From: a bacterium
Lineage (GTDB): Bacteria; Hinthialibacterota; Hinthialibacteria; Hinthialibacterales; Hinthialibacteraceae
Assembly: GCA_963662285.2 (NCBI GenBank)
Contig: CAXXMV010000006.1
Span: 800,001-864,000 of the forward strand
Direction: 5' to 3'
Length of the DNA: 64,000 bases
Positions 51,332 through 60,495 of the stretch are shown in pieces. Under the pieces are notes generated by a model that made no database searches, had not been told where the DNA came from, and was given only the letters and a program-made list of their open reading frames with translations. Position numbers and translations under genes: made by a program. How positions within the stretch are numbered: the first letter of the stretch is position 1; each line of letters starts with the position of its first letter.

Positions 51332-52897
51332 TCAGGTCTCTTTGACTATCTTCCATCCCATGCGGTCGGCTAAATCAAAAATGGGTTCTTTAAGGTCGCC
51401 GTAGGTTGTGACGCGGTGCCAGCCCCATTGATCCCACTGGGAGAAGAGTTTTTCGATATCTCCGACAGGTTCGACAGCTAGTTTGGTGCGGCATGCCCGG
51501 TCATCAGGATCATTGGCAACGGTCTTGCCTTGATGGAAGATAATTTCTTTACGCTGTTGGTTAACTTTTATAGATGTGGTCATATAACCCAATGGAAGCA
51601 TCGAACGCACTGAAGCGCCCTGGCGGTCTTCTGAATGAGTCATAATTGAGAACGGATTGGTTTCGCCATCTGGTCCAAAAACTTTATTTGAAGCCACGCA
51701 ATGGGCGTAGATAATCTGACGTTTGGATGTATCGATAACCGGATCGGAGATGTAACCTGGGCGTCCCTGAGTCAACGCGGTTACTGCTACCATTGATGCG
51801 GTAGAAGATGTATCGCATTCACAGGCGCCGATCAGGCCTTCGTTATTCAGTTCGTGGAATCCCAGGCAGGGATAGGCGTGGATGTGTCCACCGTAGAATC
51901 CTCCCAGGCAGTTGATGGTGATGGCGTTGGCGTTATGTTTTTTGAGAACTTCTTTCATGCCCAGATACATGGCGGCGGAGGTCAGGAGCGTCTCTTTGGA
52001 TACATCAATGACGTCTGTGGCGTTTCTGAACCATTCTTCTGCAACCTCATGGCTTTTATCTTTATCGGCTTTCTCCCAGGCTTCATTTACTTCGGCGAAA
52101 GTAATAAATTCCATGGGGATGCCGAAGATATCTTCAGCGGGTTTAGCATTCTGATCGAGAACCGCCAGAATCCTTGATTCTTTCAAGCGCTTTACGCATT
52201 GTTCTGTAGAAAGAAGCGACAGGGGGTCATCTATACAACTGAGGTCGCCGCATTTGGGGGTATGAGCCATCCGCACTTGCTTGGTGGCTGCCGCGAAATC
52301 AGCGGGTGATCCGCCTCGTTTAACTACTTCAAAGCATTTAACCGCGTTGACCAAGTCCTCAAATTTGGATGAGGCCACGAAACCCAGGTTGGGCGTCTTG
52401 TCACGCAGGAAACGCGCGGTGTAAACCAGGAATCCGCCGCTGCCGCCATATTGGAAGTCGGCGTAGAGAGTCGGTTTGTTAGAGGTTGCGATGGTTTGAA
52501 CTACCCGGTTCCAGCAGTTCAATTGGTAGACCAGGTAACCGTCAATGTTCTCTGAACTATCTTTGGCCAGGATCGCTTTGGCTTCTTCTTCGCCTTTGGC
52601 CATAGAGGTGACAAACTCGAAACCGGGGAATTGTTCGGCTAGTTGTTTATTTGTTTTTTCCATGAAAGGCTTAAAATCGAAACCAACGTTAGGCCAGTCC
52701 GGTCCGGGTTGAACCTCAGCATGTAGTGAATAGATGATGCGGATTTTAACTTTGGATTTGTTCTGTTCCGCATTTAGCTGGCTGGGATTTGCCAGGATTC
52801 CTGCTGCTCCAGCTCCGGCGATGCATCCGGTTCTAAGAAAATTACGGCGGTTCATTGGGCATTTAGCGCAATTCAATTGCGTCTTCTGAAAGTTCAT
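51332..52897 (-). CDS. Tat-exported L-fucose/L-arabinose isomerase-fold protein, paralog 2
   Basis: NRRNFLR signal; TINCL, YPCLGF.ELN.EG..GACECD, YAHC, THSED, CRTK and GWHRV..YGD. Confidence 0.7.
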   Translation of the reverse strand: MNFQKTQLNCAKCPMNRRNFLRTGCIAGAGAAGILANPSQLNAEQNKSKVKIRIIYSLHAEVQPGPDWPNVGFDFKPFMEKTNKQLAEQFPGFEFVTSMAKGEEEAKAILAKDSSENIDGYLVYQLNCWNRVVQTIATSNKPTLYADFQYGGSGGFLVYTARFLRDKTPNLGFVASSKFEDLVNAVKCFEVVKRGGSPADFAAATKQVRMAHTPKCGDLSCIDDPLSLLSTEQCVKRLKESRILAVLDQNAKPAEDIFGIPMEFITFAEVNEAWEKADKDKSHEVAEEWFRNATDVIDVSKETLLTSAAMYLGMKEVLKKHNANAITINCLGGFYGGHIHAYPCLGFHELNNEGLIGACECDTSSTASMVAVTALTQGRPGYISDPVIDTSKRQIIYAHCVASNKVFGPDGETNPFSIMTHSEDRQGASVRSMLPLGYMTTSIKVNQQRKEIIFHQGKTVANDPDDRACRTKLAVEPVGDIEKLFSQWDQWGWHRVTTYGDLKEPIFDLADRMGWKIVKET

Positions 52898-53061
52898 TTT
52901 TTTTCTCCCGCATTAATAAAATCCATCTATTGATATCATGCGACTCAATATATCTATTAGGTCATATATATCGCATGTTGTCAATCGGATAAAGAGATAA
53001 TTTTATATCAGGATGGCTACAGGAGAAAATGGCTTCTTTGAGTAAACAAACGGAGCATTTG

Positions 53062-53385
53062 TCAGGATTTGCGGGAAAGTAAACGATCCCGGATGCCATG
53101 AGGGTCAAAACGCGATTCATTTTGTCGTCGAATTTCTTTAGACTTTTGACGCCTGTCGTTAAGGTAAGCGTTAATCTCATCTGTTTTTTGTAGGTAATAG
53201 CTAATTACATGGTATACATCCGCCAAATTCAGTGATGGATATTGTTGCACTATCTCCTCTGCTGTAGAGCCATTTCTAAAAGTATCGATAACTGTATCCA
53301 GCGTAACCCGTGTTTCTCCGACGCGGAGTACGCCATCAGCATCATAGGCTAGTGGTACGGGCAGAACCGGTATGGTTAGAGTCAT
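53062..53385 (-). CDS. DUF433 family antitoxin
   Basis: RVGETRVTLDTVI..F.NG.TAEEIVQQYPSL.LADVY.VISYY; GAGGTG ribosome binding site. Confidence 0.88.
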   Translation of the reverse strand: MTLTIPVLPVPLAYDADGVLRVGETRVTLDTVIDTFRNGSTAEEIVQQYPSLNLADVYHVISYYLQKTDEINAYLNDRRQKSKEIRRQNESRFDPHGIRDRLLSRKS

Positions 53386-53537
53386 AATCAATCACCTCAA
53401 CTATATCTATTCTAATAGAACTTTTAATAATGGACAATACATTAATTGAGAGAGGAGAATAGAATCTCTTTGGATTGTTTTCAGGTCAAATCAATAATAA
53501 AATATGTTTTATACTGAAAGTGAGTATTTATTCATTT

Positions 53538-53837
53538 ATGAAGCCTAAACAAGAAGATTGCGTAATATTTCCCGGCCGGTTGCCCAAGAAGGATATTGGA
53601 TTCGTCAATGCACTGCTTGATGACCATGAAGGCATGGTGGTGGTTCGTACTGTAGAAGCTGAAGAAGGCCGGATGGAGTATTGGGTATCGCCGGATATGG
53701 TTGAAGAATTCAAAATCTTTGCTGCTTATATCCGCGACGAAATCCATATCAATATGACGCTTGACGACCCTATACCGATAACGGATGAGATGGTTGATTT
53801 TTTAGAGAAGACGGGTGGAATAATTGCAGACGCATAA
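53538..53837 (+). CDS. DUF4911-like small protein
   Basis: KKDIGFVNALLDDHEGMVVVRTV pattern. Confidence 0.65.
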   Translation: MKPKQEDCVIFPGRLPKKDIGFVNALLDDHEGMVVVRTVEAEEGRMEYWVSPDMVEEFKIFAAYIRDEIHINMTLDDPIPITDEMVDFLEKTGGIIADA

Positions 53838-53840
53838 ACC

Positions 53841-53868
53841 AAGGGGCGTCCGATGGGACGCCCCTTTT
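53841..53868. terminator. Bidirectional terminator
   Basis: aaggggcgtcc-gatg-ggacgcccctttt between convergent genes. Confidence 0.8.
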
Positions 53869-53894
53869 AGTCAATGTGAATGTAATTACGCAGT

Positions 53895-56108
53895 TTATTG
53901 TAATTCCCAACCAGAGACGCTAGTAGATTTCATATCCAACGCTTTTTGGACGGCGGCGGCCATATCGAGGCGGCCATAGCCATATTGCTCATTGAAGCCA
54001 TCGGCATTATAAGGCAGATCGCCGATCTTTATGGAAGTTTCCTTCAATACATCCAATAATTCATCAACCGATAAATCGGGATTAGCGGTAAGCGCCAAGG
54101 CAACAACGCCACTGGCCAACGGGCAAGCCGATGAGGTTCCGCCAAAGGTTGAATCGTAAGCTGAAACGGGATCATATCCCAAACCCGGAGCAGATGCATC
54201 CGTAGTCGTAATCGACTGATTGTATGATCCACCATCACTGGGAGCGAGAAACATAATTTCCGGTCCCCATTGGCTGTATGAAGAACGAACATCCTGATCG
54301 TTGCTGGCGCCAATATTGATAACTTTTGGATGTAGATTTTCTCCTATCAGTGGAGATATATTCTCAGGCATATCTCCACTGAATGGTTGTTCTAAAAGAA
54401 TCTCTTCATCCTGTTCATCATATCCAAGAAACACATATCCGTCTGCTTCTTGACCATCAATGAGAATACGGAAAAAGTCCTTATCTGCTTCTGAACTTAT
54501 TCTAAAATTAACATACAGATAAGATTCTGCATCAAAATCAGTTTCCCAAACCAATACGCTGGACTGATTATCATCTATATCACCGCTTTGAAATACATAA
54601 CCATCTTCGGTTAAATCTGTTGGTATGATCTGGAACGGGGCATCTCCCTTGCTGCTTAATTCATCAAGAAAATCAGTTGAATCAGCGTAAATTATTACGT
54701 AATTACTCTCATCTTCAATATCATCCAAATAGGCAGATCCAATCATAACCATATCTTCGCCGGATGATCCAGAAGCATCTTTTTCATAGACGAATTCGAT
54801 GGTGTGTTGACCCGGTTCCAGAGAGTAATCTGCTTCAAAGGTATAGAATGAACTGGCGTCGTTGCCTGAGGCGAATAAAACGGGGACGCCTTTATCTCCA
54901 CGTTTCCCCTGATCAGATGTCGCGAAATCCAGTGCTGAAAAAACCAGATCGGCCTGATCTATGCTTCCCCACGAATTGTTAATTACATCAGCGTATTTCG
55001 CTGCATAGCGAAGCGCGTCGGCAATGGATGACTCTACTGCCAGATCATCTTCTTCAGTAGGTTCTTCTTCACTACCAAAATATATTTTAGCGGGAAGAAT
55101 AGCGCTGCCAAAAGAAGCGCCTACAACGCCGATAGCATTATTTCCAATAGCTGCCGCTACTCCAGCTACTGATGTTCCATGCGCTTGTTCTGCATTATCA
55201 GGACTGGGGTCATTATCATTATTGCCGAAATCCCAGCCATGGATATCATCGATCAGGCCGTTGTTATCATCGTCAACGCCTTCCGTTCCAGCGGCTTCGA
55301 TGGGATTGGTATAGATATTTAAGTCAGGATGGTTAATGTCAACCGAGTCGTCGACTATCGCAATAACCGTATTGGCGCTTGGCATCTGCAAATCCCAGGC
55401 GGCTTCGGCGGAGACATGGGCGCCGGGCTTACCGCCGTTTTGACCAGTGTTATTAAGATGCCATTGCTTAGGATACATGTAATCATTGGGCTTAAAACGT
55501 TTCTTAATCTGTTTGGCGAAGTTTGGATTAGACCAGACCACGTCAGCATCATTCCATAAACTATCAGATACCGTAAAAGGATCGCGGGATGCATCAAAAC
55601 CTAGTATGAATTGATCATCAGTGAATAGAAGCGGCCGGATAATCGTCATATCATAGCGGTTGGCGATTGATTCGATATTGGCGCCCGGAGCTACGCATAC
55701 GATAACTTCTGGTCGTGGATAGACTAAGAGTTTGCTTCCAGGCCGATGGTATACCGGATAGATGAATTGCGTTTGATCGATTGATTGCAGAGAGTTTTGC
55801 TTTGGTTGAGGCGCGCTTGAATCATTGGTAGTGACTACTGTAAGTCCTCCGCCGATATAGCGCGAACTGGTTATGTTCTGCATTTGCGATTCGAGGCTTT
55901 TGATTGATTGCAGCGCTCTGCGTTTCGTACTTGCGCTATCTTTTTCAATAGAAACTCCAACGACATACTTGTTGGGAACCTGAATCAAGCGGTGAGTTTT
56001 TCCACTACTCTGATAGGTAGTTGTTTGAGCATACGAAAGAGAACTTGCGAACATGAAAATCATACAGGTAGAAGTCAATAAGAGAGTGGATTGAAAAAAA
56101 CGCTTCAT
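53895..56108 (-). CDS. Secreted S8 subtilase with an inserted beta-sandwich domain and the C-terminal W-motif
   Basis: Signal peptide; IVDDSV, HGTSVAG, ASGN and GTSSACP; ends TSVSGWELQ. Confidence 0.9.
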   Translation of the reverse strand: MKRFFQSTLLLTSTCMIFMFASSLSYAQTTTYQSSGKTHRLIQVPNKYVVGVSIEKDSASTKRRALQSIKSLESQMQNITSSRYIGGGLTVVTTNDSSAPQPKQNSLQSIDQTQFIYPVYHRPGSKLLVYPRPEVIVCVAPGANIESIANRYDMTIIRPLLFTDDQFILGFDASRDPFTVSDSLWNDADVVWSNPNFAKQIKKRFKPNDYMYPKQWHLNNTGQNGGKPGAHVSAEAAWDLQMPSANTVIAIVDDSVDINHPDLNIYTNPIEAAGTEGVDDDNNGLIDDIHGWDFGNNDNDPSPDNAEQAHGTSVAGVAAAIGNNAIGVVGASFGSAILPAKIYFGSEEEPTEEDDLAVESSIADALRYAAKYADVINNSWGSIDQADLVFSALDFATSDQGKRGDKGVPVLFASGNDASSFYTFEADYSLEPGQHTIEFVYEKDASGSSGEDMVMIGSAYLDDIEDESNYVIIYADSTDFLDELSSKGDAPFQIIPTDLTEDGYVFQSGDIDDNQSSVLVWETDFDAESYLYVNFRISSEADKDFFRILIDGQEADGYVFLGYDEQDEEILLEQPFSGDMPENISPLIGENLHPKVINIGASNDQDVRSSYSQWGPEIMFLAPSDGGSYNQSITTTDASAPGLGYDPVSAYDSTFGGTSSACPLASGVVALALTANPDLSVDELLDVLKETSIKIGDLPYNADGFNEQYGYGRLDMAAAVQKALDMKSTSVSGWELQ

Positions 56109-56298
56109 AAAAATCTCCTTTGGAATATAAATATGGTACAAAGTACGCATAATGCTTAATATTAACAACTGTTAATAGTATCGGCAATTTTATGATTCTA
56201 CTTGAAATTTCAGGTAATGAGAATATTTATTCAAGCGGAGTCGTGAATTAAACTGATTCCATGCTAATATGTATCAAAAATAACGGTGGAGGAAACCG

Positions 56299-56670
56299 AT
56301 GAGTTTAATATGGGAAATGTATCAACAAGGCCGGATTGCCAAAGCGGAGTCAACCGCGCACCATAGTGCGGAAAAAGCTGTTGATGCAGCCGCAATGGTG
56401 CAACAGTTCCAGGATAAAATCGACAAACTGGTTTTGATTAATATGGCTATATGGGAACTATTAAAAGAATCCTCCGATGTTACTGAGGATGATTTAATGA
56501 AAAAGATGACAGAGATCGATCTTTCTGACGGTAAACTTGACGGTAAATTCCGCCATACGGCTATCACCTGCACCCAATGCGGGCGAACCATGTCCAATAA
56601 GCACCGCCGCTGTCTGTATTGCGGACATGAACCAGAAAGCCAGGGCGCTTTTGATTCTGTTACAGGTTAA
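56299..56670 (+). CDS. Hypothetical protein with a C-terminal zinc ribbon
   Basis: GGAGG ribosome binding site; CTQC...CLYC. Confidence 0.75.
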   Translation: MSLIWEMYQQGRIAKAESTAHHSAEKAVDAAAMVQQFQDKIDKLVLINMAIWELLKESSDVTEDDLMKKMTEIDLSDGKLDGKFRHTAITCTQCGRTMSNKHRRCLYCGHEPESQGAFDSVTG

Positions 56671-56695
56671 GCAAGTATTGGTTTTGCAGGCTTTT

Positions 56696-57280
56696 TTATT
56701 CAGATAATTCATTCCACTGACGGTCAGGGAAATCAAATGATATTTCCTGGCCGTTTCTTGTTGCAGTCAGCGTGAACGGTGGATTGGGGGGATTGTCAAT
56801 TTCCCATTCGAAGCCGGTAACATCCGCTTGGAGAGAAATTTGTTCTTTAGTCAGGGTGATCGATGCATCTGGAGTGACATTGCCGTTTAATTTCGTATCT
56901 TTTCCTCCCGTGATGGATGCAGCATTGTTCACGATCAGGAATATTTTATCGTCTCTCAAGGCTTGATGATAAGCGAACATGGCATTGATTTCATGATCCG
57001 ATGAAGCAACCAGTTTGGCTGGTCCTTGCATCATGTTACGAATTTTCGCAACTAGATTGGCGTCTTTAATTTCTTTGAAACTTTCTTCGAAATCAGAACC
57101 GTTCTCTCCATGACATTCAGCGCAGGAATCTGCAAAAGATTCAATGGGACCAACGTATAAGTTGACTAACTTTCCCTGGTTTGTTTCAGCTGAATCAAGG
57201 CTTTGCCGGTTGCAGCCGTATATCAAAATCAAGGCAATAAACAGGCTGGTTAATGTCACGAGTCGCATAAAAGGTTTCAT
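56696..57280 (-). CDS. Monoheme c-type cytochrome lipoprotein
   Basis: Lipobox IYG-C; CAECH heme motif; candidate distal Met. Confidence 0.8.
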   Translation of the reverse strand: MKPFMRLVTLTSLFIALILIYGCNRQSLDSAETNQGKLVNLYVGPIESFADSCAECHGENGSDFEESFKEIKDANLVAKIRNMMQGPAKLVASSDHEINAMFAYHQALRDDKIFLIVNNAASITGGKDTKLNGNVTPDASITLTKEQISLQADVTGFEWEIDNPPNPPFTLTATRNGQEISFDFPDRQWNELSE

Positions 57281-57515
57281 TATTATTTTTCTTTGATTAT
57301 TTACCGTTGCATCATTTATATTTGCATCGAATGACTGGCGGTACATGAGTTCTATTGCACCATAAATAGAGTGTTGGCGTACAATGGCAAGAGCCGGACG
57401 ATTAGGGATTTTACCGTTTTATCCAATATCCATCAATAGCGATGCATAACGGCGTCAGGCAGTATAGTAATGAGTTACTATACAATTTATCCATTCTATT
57501 TTCCTTATGTTTGTA

Positions 57516-57905
57516 TTACTTGTTTGTTTCAGTTGGAGGCATGGATTTCAGGCGCGCCGCCGGGAGGCGTTTGAGGCTTTGGCTGCGTGGGTCGACTTCA
57601 ATGCCTAAGGATTCCAGGGCGGTTACACCCAGGATTGGTTCGGCGTCGTCGGCGCCGAAAATTATGGTTGAGCCTACCAAGTCACCCATGAACTCGATTT
57701 CCGCTGTTGTGATATCCAGTTTCACTTCGCTGCCGTCGGCAAGTTCATAAATCCGCTTGCCGCGTGGTTCCAGCCCGATTGCCCGTAAATGCTTCGCCGG
57801 AACCAGGCAATCGACCGCCCCCGTATCAACCAGAAACAATCCATCCCATGACTTGTCTAATTGAGCTGGATTGTGGACTGTTACTGTGACGTGCGGCATT
57901 GACAT
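57516..57905 (-). CDS. Clan AA (retropepsin-like) aspartic protease
   Basis: LVDTGA, LADG and ILGVTALE. Confidence 0.85.
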   Translation of the reverse strand: MSMPHVTVTVHNPAQLDKSWDGLFLVDTGAVDCLVPAKHLRAIGLEPRGKRIYELADGSEVKLDITTAEIEFMGDLVGSTIIFGADDAEPILGVTALESLGIEVDPRSQSLKRLPAARLKSMPPTETNK

Positions 57906-58060
57906 TTTTCTTTCTCCAATTGAGACTTTGCGGAACTCCAATTATAGAATTTTTACTCCATAAAGCCAAATTATCATAAGTATTCTTGTCTCAAAAAATC
58001 ATTATACAGCAGTATTACGAAGAAAAAGCAACTATTTTATTGATTGCGATAAACTTATTG

Positions 58061-58687
58061 CTAAATGTTTTGCTTATTTATGATCAAGTCGAGTGTTTGT
58101 GGAATTCTCTTTATTATAATCTCACCTGATTTTGTAATGGTTAGTTTTACTTTCTTTCCAATGTAGAAAGCATCAAAAATGAACATTCTATCTTCATACT
58201 TTATCCCGTTTCTGGTAAACGAATATTTAACAGCCATAGAAGTGTGAAATCTATATTTCTTTTCAACAGTTTTATTGGGCGAGACATCACCGAATTTATA
58301 TGATTGTTTTGGGGATGATAAACATATATCCTTGATAACAATATCTGACTGATTCTCAAAAACAGCTGTGCTTGTGTAGACTAAAGAACTAAATAAGATT
58401 GAGATGCCTATTGAAATTGGAATATTAATGATCAAAACGAATAAAGCCTGTAGAGTCTTTTTTGGAAGATTTTCAATATTTCTTTTTCTGGCTTTTTTGT
58501 AAGATATTGTCAGGCATATTCCGCCAATGAAACATAAAGGTAGGCCAAAATATAAATGTGGTAAACATGTTAAAATTAAAATTAGCAACAAACTGTTTTT
58601 AACAAGCAAGCATGCAAGGATCAGGCTGATACTGATGCATAATGGTATCAGTCCACACACTAAAGCGGTTCGATATAATTTATTCAT
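58061..58687 (-). CDS. Hypothetical membrane protein (3 TM helices plus a small soluble domain)
   Basis: Overlaps the HNH gene stop by 8 bp; AT-rich. Confidence 0.6.
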   Translation of the reverse strand: MNKLYRTALVCGLIPLCISISLILACLLVKNSLLLILILTCLPHLYFGLPLCFIGGICLTISYKKARKRNIENLPKKTLQALFVLIINIPISIGISILFSSLVYTSTAVFENQSDIVIKDICLSSPKQSYKFGDVSPNKTVEKKYRFHTSMAVKYSFTRNGIKYEDRMFIFDAFYIGKKVKLTITKSGEIIIKRIPQTLDLIINKQNI

Positions 58688-59270
58688 TATCTAAGATTTC
58701 TCTGGTTTGCTTGGGAAACTTTTTTATCAACCACTTAAGGGTTTCAACCTGGTCGCTGCTTTTTGCCCTTCTAATCTGTATCAAAAGTTTTTGCAAAGAA
58801 GGTCGTTCTAAGGTTAGATTAGAGGCGCCTTCATTGCAGATTGAACATAGGGCGCGAAGGTTTGAAGGATCATCTGTTCCACCCAGGGACTTGTCAACGA
58901 TATGACCTATATGGAGCCGGGTCTTTCGTGATGGATCATAAGGGTGAGGTTCGCTGGCTACAGCGCCGCACATCTGGCAAGTGAAACCGTTTCTATCCAG
59001 CACAAAAGCGCGTGTTTCTTTTGAGATACTGCGTTCAAATGCTGGCTGAGGATTTGGGTTTTCAAGAATATATTGGCCGGGTATCAGGTCACTACGGTCA
59101 TTGTGAGTTTGGATTTGATATCCTTCTTCAGTGCGCAGTTCTCTTACCCTTCGCGCCCATTCAGTTATTCCACCAGCCACTTCACGTAATTCATTAGAAT
59201 CCATGATTCTGCCAATATTGTCAAGAAAATATTCTCTTAGTTTTGTTCTTGCGCCTTTCTTTTTTGACAT
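58680..59270 (-). CDS. HNH endonuclease with an N-terminal winged-helix-like domain
   Basis: EWARRVRELR.EEG; CQMC...HIGHI.DKS.GG....NLRALCSICN. Confidence 0.85.
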   Translation of the reverse strand: MSKKKGARTKLREYFLDNIGRIMDSNELREVAGGITEWARRVRELRTEEGYQIQTHNDRSDLIPGQYILENPNPQPAFERSISKETRAFVLDRNGFTCQMCGAVASEPHPYDPSRKTRLHIGHIVDKSLGGTDDPSNLRALCSICNEGASNLTLERPSLQKLLIQIRRAKSSDQVETLKWLIKKFPKQTREILDNE

Positions 59271-59282
59271 AACGTGATTCCT

Positions 59283-60242
59283 TTATCCTGCTAAAGTGAA
59301 TATTTTCCTCTGCGATAAGCACTTGTGTATTTGTCTAGAAACCGCATGTGCAACAGGTGGAGGGAAAGCATTACCAATTTGACGATAAGCTGGAGTCTTT
59401 TTACCAGTGAAATGCCAGTCATCAGGAAATCCTTGAATTCTTGCTACCATTTCAACGGTCAATTTTGGCATACCTACAAAGTTTTTTTCAGGTGGTTCAT
59501 TGGCGATGCCCATTCCATCAACGCCAAGCGTCGCCCATGCTCGTTTGGCGCGTGTGGGACCCAAATCAGGTCCACCGTGTTTTCGGGATCCACCCACAAT
59601 GGTAGGCCCAATATCATCGGCTTGTTTCATCCATTTCTTGGCGCCTTTCCAATTACATGACGCCATTAGGTCATAAAGTAATTCACCAATGCTTGGAGGG
59701 TTATTGTCATGAATTTTTGGCCAGGAAAAAAGTTCAGAAATATCTTTGCGGATAGCAACAATAACAAAACGGGGTCTTAACTGTGATACGCCAAAGTCAG
59801 AAGAGTTAAGCAATCTCCAATCGACAACATAATTCATTTTTTCAAATTGCCGTTTCAACTTAGAGCGATAGTTCTCAAAGACCGCATCTAAAAATCCACG
59901 TACATTTTCTAACATCACTGCACGGGGTCGACATTCATCAACAAGACGCAATGCTTCGGGAAATAAGTCACGTTCATCCTTTTTGCCTAATTGCTTACCA
60001 GCTTTTGAAAAAGGGGGACAGGGTACGCCACCTGAAAGAAGATCGATATTTTTATAGTTAGTTGCGTCAAATTCTCTGATATCAGCTTCGATTACATTCC
60101 AATTAGGTCTGTTATATCTAAGGGTATTACAACAATGCTTGTCAATTTCAATCAATGCCTCTGGTTCAAAACCAGAACGCTCAAGGCCTAAAGCCTGCCC
60201 ACCAGCCCCGGCGCAGATTTCTATACAGTTTAGTTTTTCCAT
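59283..60242 (-). CDS. DNA (cytosine-5)-methyltransferase, NgoMIV/NaeI-like
   Basis: EICAGAGG, PCPPFS, ENV, Q.RPR and RQIGNA. The TRD segment VGGS.KHGGPDLGPTR is recalled as typical of GCCGGC-specific enzymes. Confidence 0.9.
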   Translation of the reverse strand: MEKLNCIEICAGAGGQALGLERSGFEPEALIEIDKHCCNTLRYNRPNWNVIEADIREFDATNYKNIDLLSGGVPCPPFSKAGKQLGKKDERDLFPEALRLVDECRPRAVMLENVRGFLDAVFENYRSKLKRQFEKMNYVVDWRLLNSSDFGVSQLRPRFVIVAIRKDISELFSWPKIHDNNPPSIGELLYDLMASCNWKGAKKWMKQADDIGPTIVGGSRKHGGPDLGPTRAKRAWATLGVDGMGIANEPPEKNFVGMPKLTVEMVARIQGFPDDWHFTGKKTPAYRQIGNAFPPPVAHAVSRQIHKCLSQRKIFTLAG

Positions 60243-60437
60243 TATATTCCGTCTTGAATTCCCCTTTGATTCTGTTCGGCAACAAAGAAATCCGCTTTGA
60301 GCAGTTCACCATATCAAGTCTCCGGCTCTGTCAAAGGTAGATGACTTCTCCAATCGAAAATCTTATCCTTGCATCACTACGATTTTAGCATTAACGCTGC
60401 ATAAAAGTCAATTAAAGTTGTTATGCTGCTAAATGCT

Positions 60438-60473
60438 AAAAAAATCCCGGCGGATAATCACCGCCGGGATTTT
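60438..60473 (-). terminator. Rho-independent terminator
   Basis: aaaatcccggcgg-ataatca-ccgccgggatttt. Confidence 0.85.
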
Positions 60474-60495
60474 CATAATTACATGGTAGGTGTTA

